A DNA stretch of 64,000 nt, taken from contig CAMOPK010000001.1 of the NCBI GenBank assembly GCA_946622285.1, positions 41,343 through 105,342 on the forward strand. The letters are read 5' to 3'. The translations under genes were made by a program, and so were the position numbers. The DNA comes from an uncultured Bacillota bacterium (GTDB lineage: Bacteria > Bacillota_I > Bacilli_A > RF39 > UBA660). The notes below the pieces were generated by a model. It was not told the DNA's origin. It searched no databases and worked only from the letters and a program-made list of their open reading frames with translations. Shown in pieces: positions 46,138 through 56,453 of the stretch; the stretch's first letter is position 1, and each line of letters opens with the position of its first letter.

Positions 46138-46941
46138 CTATAAGGTATTTTTCATATATGAATTTATGCTTTCATATATAGCAATTAACTCTTCATTTGA
46201 AATAGCATTAAATGTTTTAGCTAATAGTTCTTCGTTTATAGATAATTCTGACACTATCTTCTTAGCTTCTCTTTGAGTTAAAGTAATATTTTTTAAATAG
46301 TTTAATCTTATAAAAGATTCTACCAAAGCATTTTTTATTTTTTTATCATCATAAAAATAAAGATTTCTAAATATGATCATTTCATCAGTTAAATCATTTT
46401 CTTTAATAGGTGTCAATCTAATCATTGATGATAATACTCTCGGTTTTGGATCAAAAGATTCTGGTAATATATCCATTATCTTTTCTATTTTGAAGAAACA
46501 ATTTGTTAACAATGACAATTTTGTAGTTTTATTTTCTAAAACATTGTTTGCAAATCTACTTCCTGTAATCATCAATATTTCTTTGAAATCACATTTTATT
46601 ATTTTATAAATAAATGGTTCAACAATACTATATGGTAGTGATGTAACAATCTTATCACAAGGTGGAATATATGTATCTAAAACACTATCAAATATAAGTT
46701 CAATATTGCCTTTTTCATATGATAAAGGAACTAAATATTTTTCTAGTCTACGATCCAGTTCAATTAAATATAGTTTTTTTACTTTATCTGCAATTAAACT
46801 TGAAATATTTCCTTTACCTGGACCCACTTCAACTATAGTGTCAGTTTTTTTCAAATTTGCTTCTTTGATAAATCTTGAAATGACTTCTTGGTCTATCAAA
46901 AAATGTTGATCTAGTTTATCTGTTTCATTGATGAATTGCAT
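46138..46941 (-). CDS. rRNA adenine N6-methyltransferase family protein (KsgA/Erm fold), divergent
   Basis: DQHFLIDQEVI, SAM motif VEVGPGKGNIS, catalytic TSLPYSIVEP. Overlaps the rel stop by 17 nt. Specifically paralogous to 62771..63916 (shared LPY[ST]I.EP). Confidence 0.55.
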   Translation of the reverse strand: MQFINETDKLDQHFLIDQEVISRFIKEANLKKTDTIVEVGPGKGNISSLIADKVKKLYLIELDRRLEKYLVPLSYEKGNIELIFDSVLDTYIPPCDKIVTSLPYSIVEPFIYKIIKCDFKEILMITGSRFANNVLENKTTKLSLLTNCFFKIEKIMDILPESFDPKPRVLSSMIRLTPIKENDLTDEMIIFRNLYFYDDKKIKNALVESFIRLNYLKNITLTQREAKKIVSELSINEELLAKTFNAISNEELIAIYESINSYMKNTL

Positions 46942-48376
46942 ATTTTTTCCTCATTCCTCTTCGAATTGATACTTGAGCTTGTACTGTTGTTGATATATGT
47001 TCCCATCCAGGTAATGGTCCATGTGGATACTCAGATAGTATTAAATGTACGCGATCTCCTTGTTCAAAAACAGTACTTACGTCAACTTGTTGTCCATTTA
47101 CAAAAACTGAGTCTAAGCGGTCCCCAATCTCCTGTCCACGACTATATGCATAGTCAATGGCTGTTGATCCAGCTGAAACAAACACTTGATGTTCTCCGTC
47201 ATATATAGCTACTTTATCACCAATAACGTTTTGTTCAAAGCCTTGAACAAAATCTTGACTATTTTTCATAATGCGGCTTAATTCTTTTACGGATTGAATA
47301 AAATGATATTTATCCCTTAATATCTCTTGCATAACATCAACTGCTTTTCCTTGAAATAAATCCCAGTAAGCAGTAAGACCTTGAAGATTAATTTTTTCCA
47401 TTTCATGTGTTCTTATCTGCATTTGAACAGCCACTAATTCTGGTCCGAAAACTGTCGTATGTATAGAACTATACATATTTGGTTTTGGTTGGCTTATATA
47501 ATCTTTAAATGTTTTAGGCATTGGTGGATATAAACTATGTACTAGCCCAAGTGCATTATAACATTCTTTTTTACTTTCTACTAGTAGTTTTATTGCAAGA
47601 AAGTCATGAAGATTTTCAATTTTTCCGCCATCCTTTATTCTTTGATAAACACTATAAACACTTTTAATTCTTAATTTTAAAGTATGTGGAACTTTTTCAT
47701 CTTCCAATAACCTATGAATATCAATCATCATTTGGTTGGTACTTAATTGCGTTTGGTTAGAATAATCACTGATAATTTTACTTGTTTCAACGTAACCCTC
47801 TGGATTCAAAAATTTGAACGAAAGATCTTCAAGTTTTCGTCTTAAAACTTCAGCCCCAATATATCTTGCAAGTGGTGCATAAAATTGCATCGTTTCTGCT
47901 GCTTTTTTAATTCTTTTTTCTTGGCTTTTATATTGAAGCGTTAAAAGATTATGTAAACGGTCTGCAAGCTTGATTACGACAATTCTAGCATCTTTACTAA
48001 TTCCTAAAATGATTTTATTTTTATTAGCATAATCACGTTCTGTTTTTGACTTAAAATCAACTTGGGTCAAATTAGTAACTCCATCAACTAATTCGGCAAT
48101 TTTAGGATTAAATTCTCTAGATATTTGTTCTAAAGTAACATCACAGTCCTCAACTACATCATGCAAAAGTCCAGCACATACTGTATCACGATCAGCATGC
48201 ATATTTGCTAAAATCCATGCGACTGCTAGTGGATGAATAATATATGGTTCCCCACTTTCGCGATGTTGCCCTTTATGACATTCTTCTGCAAACCTATAAG
48301 CCTTAGTTATGATTTCAACTTCATCAGGATTATAAGCTTTAACGAGGTTAATAAATTCTTCAAATGTTACTTGCAT
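46925..48376 (-). CDS. rel: Bifunctional (p)ppGpp synthetase/hydrolase Rel, short form (HD-Synth-TGS, no ACT/RRM C-terminus)
   Basis: HD motif HPLAVAWIL...LLHDVVED; synthetase YSSIHTTVFGP...VAVQMQIRTHEM; TGS-like C-terminus; ~480 aa versus ~730 for canonical Rel. Start at MQVTFEEF (RBS GGTGG). Confidence 0.75.
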   Translation of the reverse strand: MQVTFEEFINLVKAYNPDEVEIITKAYRFAEECHKGQHRESGEPYIIHPLAVAWILANMHADRDTVCAGLLHDVVEDCDVTLEQISREFNPKIAELVDGVTNLTQVDFKSKTERDYANKNKIILGISKDARIVVIKLADRLHNLLTLQYKSQEKRIKKAAETMQFYAPLARYIGAEVLRRKLEDLSFKFLNPEGYVETSKIISDYSNQTQLSTNQMMIDIHRLLEDEKVPHTLKLRIKSVYSVYQRIKDGGKIENLHDFLAIKLLVESKKECYNALGLVHSLYPPMPKTFKDYISQPKPNMYSSIHTTVFGPELVAVQMQIRTHEMEKINLQGLTAYWDLFQGKAVDVMQEILRDKYHFIQSVKELSRIMKNSQDFVQGFEQNVIGDKVAIYDGEHQVFVSAGSTAIDYAYSRGQEIGDRLDSVFVNGQQVDVSTVFEQGDRVHLILSEYPHGPLPGWEHISTTVQAQVSIRRGMRKKYAIHQ

Positions 48377-48402
48377 AATATCCACCAATTCTTTGATAGA
48401 AA

Positions 48403-48430
48403 AAAGGCACTAATATAGCGCCTTTTTATA
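48403..48430 (-). terminator. Rho-independent terminator (AAGGCAC...GCGCCTT + T-run)
   Basis: GC-containing stem at 48404-48428 downstream of 48471..48875. Confidence 0.45.
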
Positions 48431-48470
48431 TCCGTTATATTAAATTGGTAATAATATAACCTTTCTTTAT

Positions 48471-48875
48471 TTAGTTGTCAAGTTGATTTTGTTTTTTTCC
48501 GAATCTTATTGGTTTAAATCTATTCATAACTCTTTGAGAAACTGGTTTTCTCGCAAAATTAATAATTGGTTCTTTTTCAACAATTTGACCTCTTAAGATT
48601 GATTGAATCTCTTCTTGACCATATTCACGACCATGAAAGTCAATAACTGCATATGTTCTAGATTCTGAGAATGATTCAGTTGGAGTAATATCGTCAAGCA
48701 TAACTCCATTAATAGTAGAATATTCTGTTCTTATTTGCTCAACCAAGTCTCTTGGTATATATTCCATATATCTTGGTTCAAAACTCATTTCATATGATTC
48801 AATACCTCTTACGACATAAAGATCATTTGCTCTATCATAAGTATATCCGTATAAAACTTGTTCTACTCTTTGCAT
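48471..48875 (-). CDS. Hypothetical protein (134 aa)
   Basis: ORF with RBS AAAAGGAGG; no recognised motif. Confidence 0.4.
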   Translation of the reverse strand: MQRVEQVLYGYTYDRANDLYVVRGIESYEMSFEPRYMEYIPRDLVEQIRTEYSTINGVMLDDITPTESFSESRTYAVIDFHGREYGQEEIQSILRGQIVEKEPIINFARKPVSQRVMNRFKPIRFGKKQNQLDN

Positions 48876-48938
48876 TATTAAACCTCCTTTTTTGTTGTGA
48901 CATATATTATATAGTTTTTAACTTTTTTTGCAAGTTTT

Positions 48939-49343
48939 TTATGATGATAAGCAAATAACATAATCTGCATCTGACATATACTTAGTTAATTCTTGCTTAT
49001 TTAAGTCTTTATAATCTTCCCAATAGTCTTCTGTTTCTTCTGTTATAAATACATCATACATATAGCTTATAGTTTCAGAATTACCAAAGGTTTCTTCTTT
49101 ATAATATTGTTCTGCTTCTTCTGGTGTTTTAAATTTAATTGCAGTTTCTACTTTAACAATTTTTTCATCTTCAAAATAAACTACTTCATATGTATCTTCA
49201 CTTTTAAATACTAATCTATTATCAGTTGATACAAGTGAGTATTTTTCAACTTCTTTTTTAGGTTTTTTTACTTCTTCTTTTTTAACATTTCCACAGCCAA
49301 CTAAGAATATACAAATAGCTATTAGATAAACTATCTTTTTCAT
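48939..49343 (-). CDS. Lipoprotein (134 aa)
   Basis: Signal peptide with lipobox FLVGCG. Confidence 0.5.
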   Translation of the reverse strand: MKKIVYLIAICIFLVGCGNVKKEEVKKPKKEVEKYSLVSTDNRLVFKSEDTYEVVYFEDEKIVKVETAIKFKTPEEAEQYYKEETFGNSETISYMYDVFITEETEDYWEDYKDLNKQELTKYMSDADYVICLSS

Positions 49344-50023
49344 GCTCTTTTGCCTCTTTTCTTTATAACTAAAACACTAGCAATTGCAATTACAATAAAT
49401 GCTCCGATTGCAGATATTATAACTACTTTCTTTTTACTTTTTGGTTTTACTTCTTCTTTTACAGGTTCTTCCTTTTTCTCAGGCTCTTCAACAATTGTAT
49501 ACTCAATACTATCTATAATCTTTTTATTTTCCAAGATTTCAGCTGATGTAAATTCACTCTTTTTTTGAAAACTATATAAATACCATTTATGATTAATAAC
49601 TGTTGCATAAATATTCATATAGTAATCTCCTGATTTATTATTAAGGAGTATATATTTATATTTATTAGTGTATCCTTTATAATCTTCTGTTTTATTAATT
49701 GCTCCTAAATCACTTGCTATTTCTTCTATTTTTTCATCAGGATAATCACTTAATGAAGCATAATCAACATCATCAGTTGTTCTTAATACAAGTTCAACAT
49801 CTTTCTTTGCAGCTGATATATAAGCTGTATTAATTTCAAAAAACTTTTTCATGAGTTCTTTTTTAGATTCTTCAACATCTTCTTTTGTATCAATATTTTC
49901 CCTTGTAAATACAAACCATTCATCTGGAATTGTTATTTTCATATCAGCACTTTTAATATCATATTCTGCTGCTTTTATGTTTAAAGGTAAAATCAATAGT
50001 AGCATTATAAAAAATTTTTTCAT
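49340..50023 (-). CDS. Secreted protein with C-terminal TM anchor
   Basis: Start reassigned to MKKFFIMLLLILPL (RBS GGTGA); C-terminal VVIISAIGAFIVIAIASVLVI-KKRGKRA. Confidence 0.4.
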   Translation of the reverse strand: MKKFFIMLLLILPLNIKAAEYDIKSADMKITIPDEWFVFTRENIDTKEDVEESKKELMKKFFEINTAYISAAKKDVELVLRTTDDVDYASLSDYPDEKIEEIASDLGAINKTEDYKGYTNKYKYILLNNKSGDYYMNIYATVINHKWYLYSFQKKSEFTSAEILENKKIIDSIEYTIVEEPEKKEEPVKEEVKPKSKKKVVIISAIGAFIVIAIASVLVIKKRGKRA

Positions 50024-50071
50024 TCTATCACCAAGATAATTATAACACAAAAAAAGCAAATAAATTGCTTT

Positions 50072-51451
50072 TTAATAGTTATCAAAAATAGTCCTATAAT
50101 TGGTTTTTAATTTTTCAATGTTTTCTTTTGATGCATAAATATCAAATTTCTTACTTGTATAATTAACAACATTTCGCTTATTAAGATCTTTTAAAACTCT
50201 TCTAATATCGTTTAATTCTGTTCCATTATAGTTGTTTCTTAAAGCAAGTATTGTTCCTTCTTTAACAAATTCATAATCATAATCTTTATAATGTGTTAAT
50301 TTGATTACAATATTATCTATATCTTCTTCATGATATTCAGTATTGTTTGAGCAACAAATTGCTAGGCCATTTTCAAACTCGTATTCATAAGTTTTTTCAA
50401 TAAAGTATTCTTTAGTTTCATCTGTTTTAACATCTTTATATTCAATATTAGAAGCCCCATGTACCATAAGTCCAATTCCTATTCCTGCTAATAATAATGA
50501 AATTAAGAATATGATTGCCCCTACTTTGCCATCATTCTCACGTCCTGTTATGAATTTATAAATGACTACTAGGAATACCATATTAATTGCAATTGCTGCT
50601 ATAAGAGCTATTAAAAGTCCTATAAATAAAGTTCCTGTTTTAACAATCATAAATGATAAAACTAAAGCTGCTGCAAATCCAACTAAAGAACATATAAACA
50701 TAATTCCTGCAAATAGTGCAAATATCTTTATGATAAGAATAAATATTCTTAAAAGACCTTTTATAAATCCATATTCAGAGTGCTTTGGGTCCCTTATGAT
50801 AATTTTTTCTTTTGGTTCAATTATTTTTAAATTTTCTTTTTTTTCTTCAATATTTTCTTTTGTTTCGACATCATCGTTTTTAACTTCTTCATCTTCATGA
50901 ACAATTTCATAATAATTAAGATATCTAATCTTAAAGATATGTAAAATAACGACTGCTCCAATAACGATAAGGCCAAGTTTTAGTATTGCCTCCCATATTC
51001 TATCAATATAGTAATATATATTGCTTGGTAAAAACGATATTAAACCATCAATTATTGAATGTAAAATTAATCCAACAATTGCACCTAATACTATAAGTAT
51101 TGAAACGATAAGTATTTGTTCAAATATGCATTTTAATTTTTCTTTAAAACTCATTGCTCCAAACATCTTAGTGGTTTTGGTTATAAAATCAAGAAAACTA
51201 TCAATATATTTATTAATATTAATTTTAGATTTCTTTTTACTATTTACATCTTTAATATCTTGATTTAGTAAATCATCCATATTTAGATTAAACATTTCAC
51301 ATAGTTGTAACATCTTATCCATTTCAGGATATGCTTGACCAGATTCCCATTTTGAAACACTTTGGCGAGATACACCTAATTTTTCAGCAAGTTGTTCTTG
51401 AGATAGATTATTTTCCTTTCTTATCTTCTTTAAGTTTTCACTTAAGTTCAT
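50072..51451 (-). CDS. XRE-family HTH transcriptional regulator fused to a polytopic membrane domain
   Basis: N-terminal LSQEQLAEKLGVSRQSVSKWESGQ (HTH_3), followed by ~6 TM helices and a C-terminal domain. Confidence 0.65.
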   Translation of the reverse strand: MNLSENLKKIRKENNLSQEQLAEKLGVSRQSVSKWESGQAYPEMDKMLQLCEMFNLNMDDLLNQDIKDVNSKKKSKININKYIDSFLDFITKTTKMFGAMSFKEKLKCIFEQILIVSILIVLGAIVGLILHSIIDGLISFLPSNIYYYIDRIWEAILKLGLIVIGAVVILHIFKIRYLNYYEIVHEDEEVKNDDVETKENIEEKKENLKIIEPKEKIIIRDPKHSEYGFIKGLLRIFILIIKIFALFAGIMFICSLVGFAAALVLSFMIVKTGTLFIGLLIALIAAIAINMVFLVVIYKFITGRENDGKVGAIIFLISLLLAGIGIGLMVHGASNIEYKDVKTDETKEYFIEKTYEYEFENGLAICCSNNTEYHEEDIDNIVIKLTHYKDYDYEFVKEGTILALRNNYNGTELNDIRRVLKDLNKRNVVNYTSKKFDIYASKENIEKLKTNYRTIFDNY

Positions 51452-51576
51452 ATTTTCTCCTCCTCACAACTTTATTTAACCATTTCTACTGGTTGCACTC
51501 TACCAATTTTTAGTTGTTTTTTGTCAATTTTCGGTTGCAATTACTATTTTATATCAAAAAAAGAATTAAATATAGT

Positions 51577-52158
51577 CTAATTTAATTCTTCTTTCAACTG
51601 TTCTAATGCACGAGCACGATGTGAAATTTGATTTTTTTCTTCAAGTGTCATTTCACCAAGAGTTTTATTTAAATTATCTGATAAAAATATACATTCGTAT
51701 CCAAAAGAATTATCTCCTCTTTCTTCTTCAATGATTTCACCATATGTTTTACCTTCTTTATAGATATATGTACCATCTGGATGATATAAAACTATTGTTG
51801 AATTGAAATATCCTTTATGATCTTTACCTTTTAAATCTAAAATCAATTTATCACGATTAGCTTTAAAATCATGATTACCAGCATAACGGGCACTATAAAT
51901 TCCTGGTGCTCCATTAAGACTAGGCATACAAAGTCCAGAATCGTCTGCAATAATGTCATATTCTAGTCCCTTTGATTTTAAATATTCACTTATAGTTCTT
52001 GCCTTAATAAGAGCATTTTCTAAAAAAGTTGAACCAGTTTCTTCTATTTCTTCATTAAAGCCAATTTCATCTAATGTTAGAATCTTATAGTTAGTTAGCA
52101 TTGATTGAAATTGTTTTATTTTATGTTTATTGTTTGATGCAAGCACGATTTCTTTCAT
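51577..52158 (-). CDS. rdgB: Non-canonical purine NTP pyrophosphatase (ITPase, RdgB/Ham1 family)
   Basis: ASNNKHKIKQF, DDSGL and FGYECIF family motifs. Confidence 0.85.
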   Translation of the reverse strand: MKEIVLASNNKHKIKQFQSMLTNYKILTLDEIGFNEEIEETGSTFLENALIKARTISEYLKSKGLEYDIIADDSGLCMPSLNGAPGIYSARYAGNHDFKANRDKLILDLKGKDHKGYFNSTIVLYHPDGTYIYKEGKTYGEIIEEERGDNSFGYECIFLSDNLNKTLGEMTLEEKNQISHRARALEQLKEELN

Positions 52159-53141
52159 AGTTTCACTCCTGATGCTTTTTCAATTATTGGAATTAATCCT
52201 TCTTTTTTGTAGCCAAAGCTTGGTTTAATTTGATATACTCCTGGGAAGCAATTTCCTTCAATTATAGAAGCTCCATCTTCAAGTAATGCAACATCCCATC
52301 CAACAAATTGAACTTCTGGAACAACTTTTGCACATTCTTTAACAAGTTCAATTGCTTTATCATAGTTTGGTATTTCATATCCAACTAATTTAATATTGCT
52401 TTTGGGATGAACTTCATAGATAAAGTCTTCTCGGTCAATTGCTGGAACGATTATTTTTCCATCTTCAACAAATGTATACATGCTTCCAGTTGAAAAATTA
52501 TCAGTTACGCCACCATTACCTATTTTAAATACACTATTAATTATATGTGCTTCTTTTCCATCATAAAATGTAATAATTCTAAGTGTATTTACACTAGTAC
52601 TATTTAAAGCAGCTATTTTTTTATGTTGAATTATTTTTTCTTCAACTAGAAGTTTTTTATTTTTAATTAGATAATCAAATATTTCTTTTAGGTTTTTTTT
52701 GACTTCGATTAATTCGATTCCTACTCCGCCACTACCATCTAATGGTTTAGCAATAAAATCTTTTTTATTTTTGCAGAATTTTTCAAAATCAGCAAAGTTA
52801 TCTTTATTTAAATATAACCAATCTCTTTTTAGATATTTTTTAAATATCTTATTAAATTCAACTTTATCATCAAACTTATACCATGAACTTTTAACATTAT
52901 AGTTTCTTACAATTTTAACGTTTTTAGCTCTTGTTAAATAAGTTTTTCTTTCTTTTCCATTTAAATTATAGAATTCAAATTCTTGATAATCATATGGACC
53001 AGATCCATATTTAATTGCACACCACATAATATCAAAGAAAAGTGCAATTTTACTTTTTTTAGTTTTAATATGTAATTTATTAATTATTATTTTTAGATTC
53101 TTGACTGTTTCATTATTAAAACAACGTAGTTTTGTAAACAT
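52155..53141 (-). CDS. ATP-grasp domain protein (sugar-transfer-associated ATP-grasp family suspected)
   Basis: 328 aa; the N-terminal segment (FFDIMWCAIKYGSGPYDYQEFEFYNLNGKERKTYLT) and C-terminal DVAL..DG..IIEGN are consistent with this family; 4-nt overlap with rdgB. Confidence 0.45.
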   Translation of the reverse strand: MFTKLRCFNNETVKNLKIIINKLHIKTKKSKIALFFDIMWCAIKYGSGPYDYQEFEFYNLNGKERKTYLTRAKNVKIVRNYNVKSSWYKFDDKVEFNKIFKKYLKRDWLYLNKDNFADFEKFCKNKKDFIAKPLDGSGGVGIELIEVKKNLKEIFDYLIKNKKLLVEEKIIQHKKIAALNSTSVNTLRIITFYDGKEAHIINSVFKIGNGGVTDNFSTGSMYTFVEDGKIIVPAIDREDFIYEVHPKSNIKLVGYEIPNYDKAIELVKECAKVVPEVQFVGWDVALLEDGASIIEGNCFPGVYQIKPSFGYKKEGLIPIIEKASGVKL

Positions 53142-53219
53142 ATTTTTTACTCCTTAACATACTTTGATTATATCAAAATTAGTACCTTAAAACAAGAAAA
53201 AAGGATTTTATAAATCCTT

Positions 53220-54800
53220 TTAAATTATTATTAAGATAACACTTGCAATAGCAAGTACTGCATATAACGCTTTTGCTAGTGGATATGTGTAAATTTTTTT
53301 AGTTTTTCCATCTACTGTCCATTCTTTTATTTCAACATATGGGACTGGACTACGACGATACCAGCCTTTTACTGTTACAGTTTTATTGAAATATTGTTCA
53401 GATCTAAATATTGCAAATATTTTGTTTATTATTCCAAGTGGTTGATTATAATCTAAGAAAATGATTCCTGTTTGATCTTTTATTACAAAATCTTCGTTAA
53501 AAATACATCCTGGGTTACCTCTACCAATGATATTACCATTTAAAACACATGGAATACTAGTTACATGTGATACTTTCACTTCACCAAGTAAAGATGCAAC
53601 ATTTGTTTCTTTGTAATCTTTGTTCTTATGTGCACGAGCAAATTTAATATAAAGTGTTATTGTAAATAGTAGTCCTACTATTCCTGCATAACGTAATATG
53701 TTAAAGTCATCAGAGATAAGAATTAATCCCATGATTATTCCAACAATTAATATAATAAATGGCAAGAAAGAGATCAAAACTTCTAATAAGAAATCATCAA
53801 CATAAGATTCTTTCTTTTCTAAATCAAATATAATGTATGGTTCTTGACCATAATCCATTGAACGACTTGAAATTGCAAGTAAACGTTTTGAAATTAATGG
53901 GTGTGTCGAATTAAATTCAAACCATTTAGCCCATGGATTCCATTTTTCCCATTTCATCGCATTTTTGATTTTTTCTTTTGATACAGTATTACCTTCTAAT
54001 GCTGTTACAACCATTGCTTTTGATGCTTTTGAGTCAAAAATACCTAATGCGTTATTTTTTGAAACATTGTGTTTTCCTTCATTAGATGCTGTGCTTAATC
54101 CAAATCCTATTTTAACTAATGCTTCTGCTAATGCATTTGGATTCCCAGTTTCCTCAATTGAGAAAGCATCGGCAAAATATTCACGTGTTCTTGATAAATA
54201 AAGAATTATATATTGGCTTATTAAATATAAAATATAAGCTATCCATCCTACTATTGCTGCTTTATTATCATCTGAATCACTACTACTGCTATTTGCAAGC
54301 ATTTCATAGATTGCATATAAAACAAGTGGTACAACTTGAACAGCTGTCATAAATAGCATGTCATAATGCACAATATGACCTATTTCATGACCTACAACTG
54401 CTTTTACTTCTTCTGGATTTAATAAGTTATAAATTCCTTCTGTAATAACAATTCTAGCATCATTTTTTGTTCTACCATATGTAAATGCATTTGGTGCTCC
54501 ATCATGAATAATTCCAATTTTTGGATATTTCATTTTATGTTTTTGACATTCTTGTTCAATGAATGCTTTCAAATAATCTGGAATTTGTTCATCAAACTTA
54601 GCTTTATAGAACCATCTCATTGATAAATCAGTTAAGAAAGGCGCTATTAAGAATTGAATGATTAAAACAATAATACTAATTCCAATACCAAGTAACGCTT
54701 GGCCACCTAATAAAATTGTGGCTAAAATAATAATTGCTCCAAGTAACCCATACATACATGTTAGAGTTAATAAGGAGATTCCCATAATACTTTTTTTCAT
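53220..54800 (-). CDS. M48-family (HtpX-like) membrane zinc metallopeptidase with C-terminal extension
   Basis: HEIGHIVHYD (HExxH) within a TM-flanked domain; ~150-aa extra C-terminal domain. Confidence 0.7.
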   Translation of the reverse strand: MKKSIMGISLLTLTCMYGLLGAIIILATILLGGQALLGIGISIIVLIIQFLIAPFLTDLSMRWFYKAKFDEQIPDYLKAFIEQECQKHKMKYPKIGIIHDGAPNAFTYGRTKNDARIVITEGIYNLLNPEEVKAVVGHEIGHIVHYDMLFMTAVQVVPLVLYAIYEMLANSSSSDSDDNKAAIVGWIAYILYLISQYIILYLSRTREYFADAFSIEETGNPNALAEALVKIGFGLSTASNEGKHNVSKNNALGIFDSKASKAMVVTALEGNTVSKEKIKNAMKWEKWNPWAKWFEFNSTHPLISKRLLAISSRSMDYGQEPYIIFDLEKKESYVDDFLLEVLISFLPFIILIVGIIMGLILISDDFNILRYAGIVGLLFTITLYIKFARAHKNKDYKETNVASLLGEVKVSHVTSIPCVLNGNIIGRGNPGCIFNEDFVIKDQTGIIFLDYNQPLGIINKIFAIFRSEQYFNKTVTVKGWYRRSPVPYVEIKEWTVDGKTKKIYTYPLAKALYAVLAIASVILIII

Positions 54801-54846
54801 AAATTACCTCCAAAAAAATTATAACATAAAAAGAGGTTTTTTAACC

Positions 54847-56376
54847 TCATTTTATTATTTCTAATGTTGCTATTACTAAATTATGATCGGTATATATTCC
54901 ACGTGTAACTTCAGTTTTACCACTGACACCTTTTATTCTTAAATTACCTGCATTGTCTTTTGGCTTTATAATGACTGAATCAGCATATATTTTTCTTGAT
55001 GTATCGTGGGCAACTATTTCAAATTTTGAACCCAAGGCATCTACCAAAACAGTGTTTGGTCCAACATTAAAGTCTCCTACTAATATTACTGCATTTGGAT
55101 CTTCTTTTATAATTCTAGCAACTTCAACCATTTGTTTTGCAGGGCAACCACTTTGATATGAAAGATGAGTATTATAAAATGATATTTTTACACCATTTAT
55201 TGTCATAACAACTTTAGTTAATTCGCGACTTTCATGGCAACTTGGTAATGAATAATATTTTTTTGATTCAAATGAATATTTTGCCATCGTTGAATCTGCA
55301 GCTGCTGGTTGTCTATAATAGTGATTGTATCCTAAAGATGATGCTATTTTATTTGTTGTATTTTGTGGATGGGCTTCTTGCATTCCAATGATATCTATTT
55401 TGTTACCTTTAATTAGATTTGCAAAATTAGAATAAGTAGCATTACATGTTAATGAACTACTTCCACAACGATATGCTCCAATATTTAAAGTCCCAACAAT
55501 TACTTTAACTCCACTTTTAACTGTTATAGTTGCACTTGCTGTCTTACCATTACTTGTCTTAGCAGTTATTGTAGTTTTGCCATCTTTTAAAGCTTTTACA
55601 ACGCCATTTGATACACTTGCTACACTCGGATTAGAACTCGTCCATGTCAACGTTCTAGCTTCGGTATTAGATGGTTCAAATGTGACTTTAAGTGTCAATG
55701 ACGTATTTGTAGTAAGAGTTGCCGAAGTTTTATCAAAAGTTATTTTAGTTGCTTCAATTTCCTTTGGTTTTACTTCAACATCACATATTGCAATTTTACC
55801 ACTACTCGATTTTGCTGTTATTAAAGTCGTTCCTTTTTTCTTTGCTGTTACAACCCCATTTGATACGCTTGCAACACTTTCATCACTACTAGTCCATTTT
55901 ATTTTTTCAGTATTATTTTTTGGTTTTATAGTTAAACTTAAAGTAAAACTTTTTCCTTCAATTAATTCAATATCAGTTTTATTGATAGTCATACTTTCTA
56001 TCTTGACTTCTTTTGCTTTGACTTTAATAGTAGCCTTTGCTTCTTTTCCATTATTTGTTTTAACTATTACTGCTGCAGTTCCTACGCTTTTAGCCTTAAT
56101 TACTCCATTACTAACTTCAACAATACTTGGGTTATCACTATACCAGTTAACACTTTTATCTGATGCATTATTAGGTGAAATAATATAATTTAAATTATAT
56201 GTATCACCAACAACTAAGGAAATATTATTTTCTGATAATATAATGTTTTCTACTTGTACATTAGAAAAAGTATTTTCATTATTGTTTCTACCTGTAAAAA
56301 ATAAATAAGCAACAATAAAAACGCATAATATTACAATTATAATCAATATTAAATTACCCGTGTTATTCTTTTCCAT
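54847..56376 (-). CDS. Membrane-anchored endonuclease/exonuclease/phosphatase (EEP) family protein with three Big_2 Ig-like domains
   Basis: Three VASVSNGVV.A.K.G Big_2 repeats; C-terminal EEP motifs IIGMQEAH, LVGDFN, TDHNLV. Confidence 0.7.
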   Translation of the reverse strand: MEKNNTGNLILIIIVILCVFIVAYLFFTGRNNNENTFSNVQVENIILSENNISLVVGDTYNLNYIISPNNASDKSVNWYSDNPSIVEVSNGVIKAKSVGTAAVIVKTNNGKEAKATIKVKAKEVKIESMTINKTDIELIEGKSFTLSLTIKPKNNTEKIKWTSSDESVASVSNGVVTAKKKGTTLITAKSSSGKIAICDVEVKPKEIEATKITFDKTSATLTTNTSLTLKVTFEPSNTEARTLTWTSSNPSVASVSNGVVKALKDGKTTITAKTSNGKTASATITVKSGVKVIVGTLNIGAYRCGSSSLTCNATYSNFANLIKGNKIDIIGMQEAHPQNTTNKIASSLGYNHYYRQPAAADSTMAKYSFESKKYYSLPSCHESRELTKVVMTINGVKISFYNTHLSYQSGCPAKQMVEVARIIKEDPNAVILVGDFNVGPNTVLVDALGSKFEIVAHDTSRKIYADSVIIKPKDNAGNLRIKGVSGKTEVTRGIYTDHNLVIATLEIIK

Positions 56377-56453
56377 AGTGCTCCTTATTAGTTTATATTC
56401 TCATATTATATTTTAGCACAATTAAATTAAATAAAAAAGGCCATTAAGACCTT

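Noticed and set aside
55577-56188. Long plus-strand ORFs nested antisense in minus-strand genes (e.g. 203 aa at 55577..56188, 107 aa at 7634..7957, 126 aa at 20853..21233, 117 aa at 12791..13144)
   Set aside because: They lie entirely inside well-supported genes on the opposite strand, have low-complexity S/T/L/F-rich translations and lack an RBS. These are shadow ORFs from the codon bias of the sense strand.
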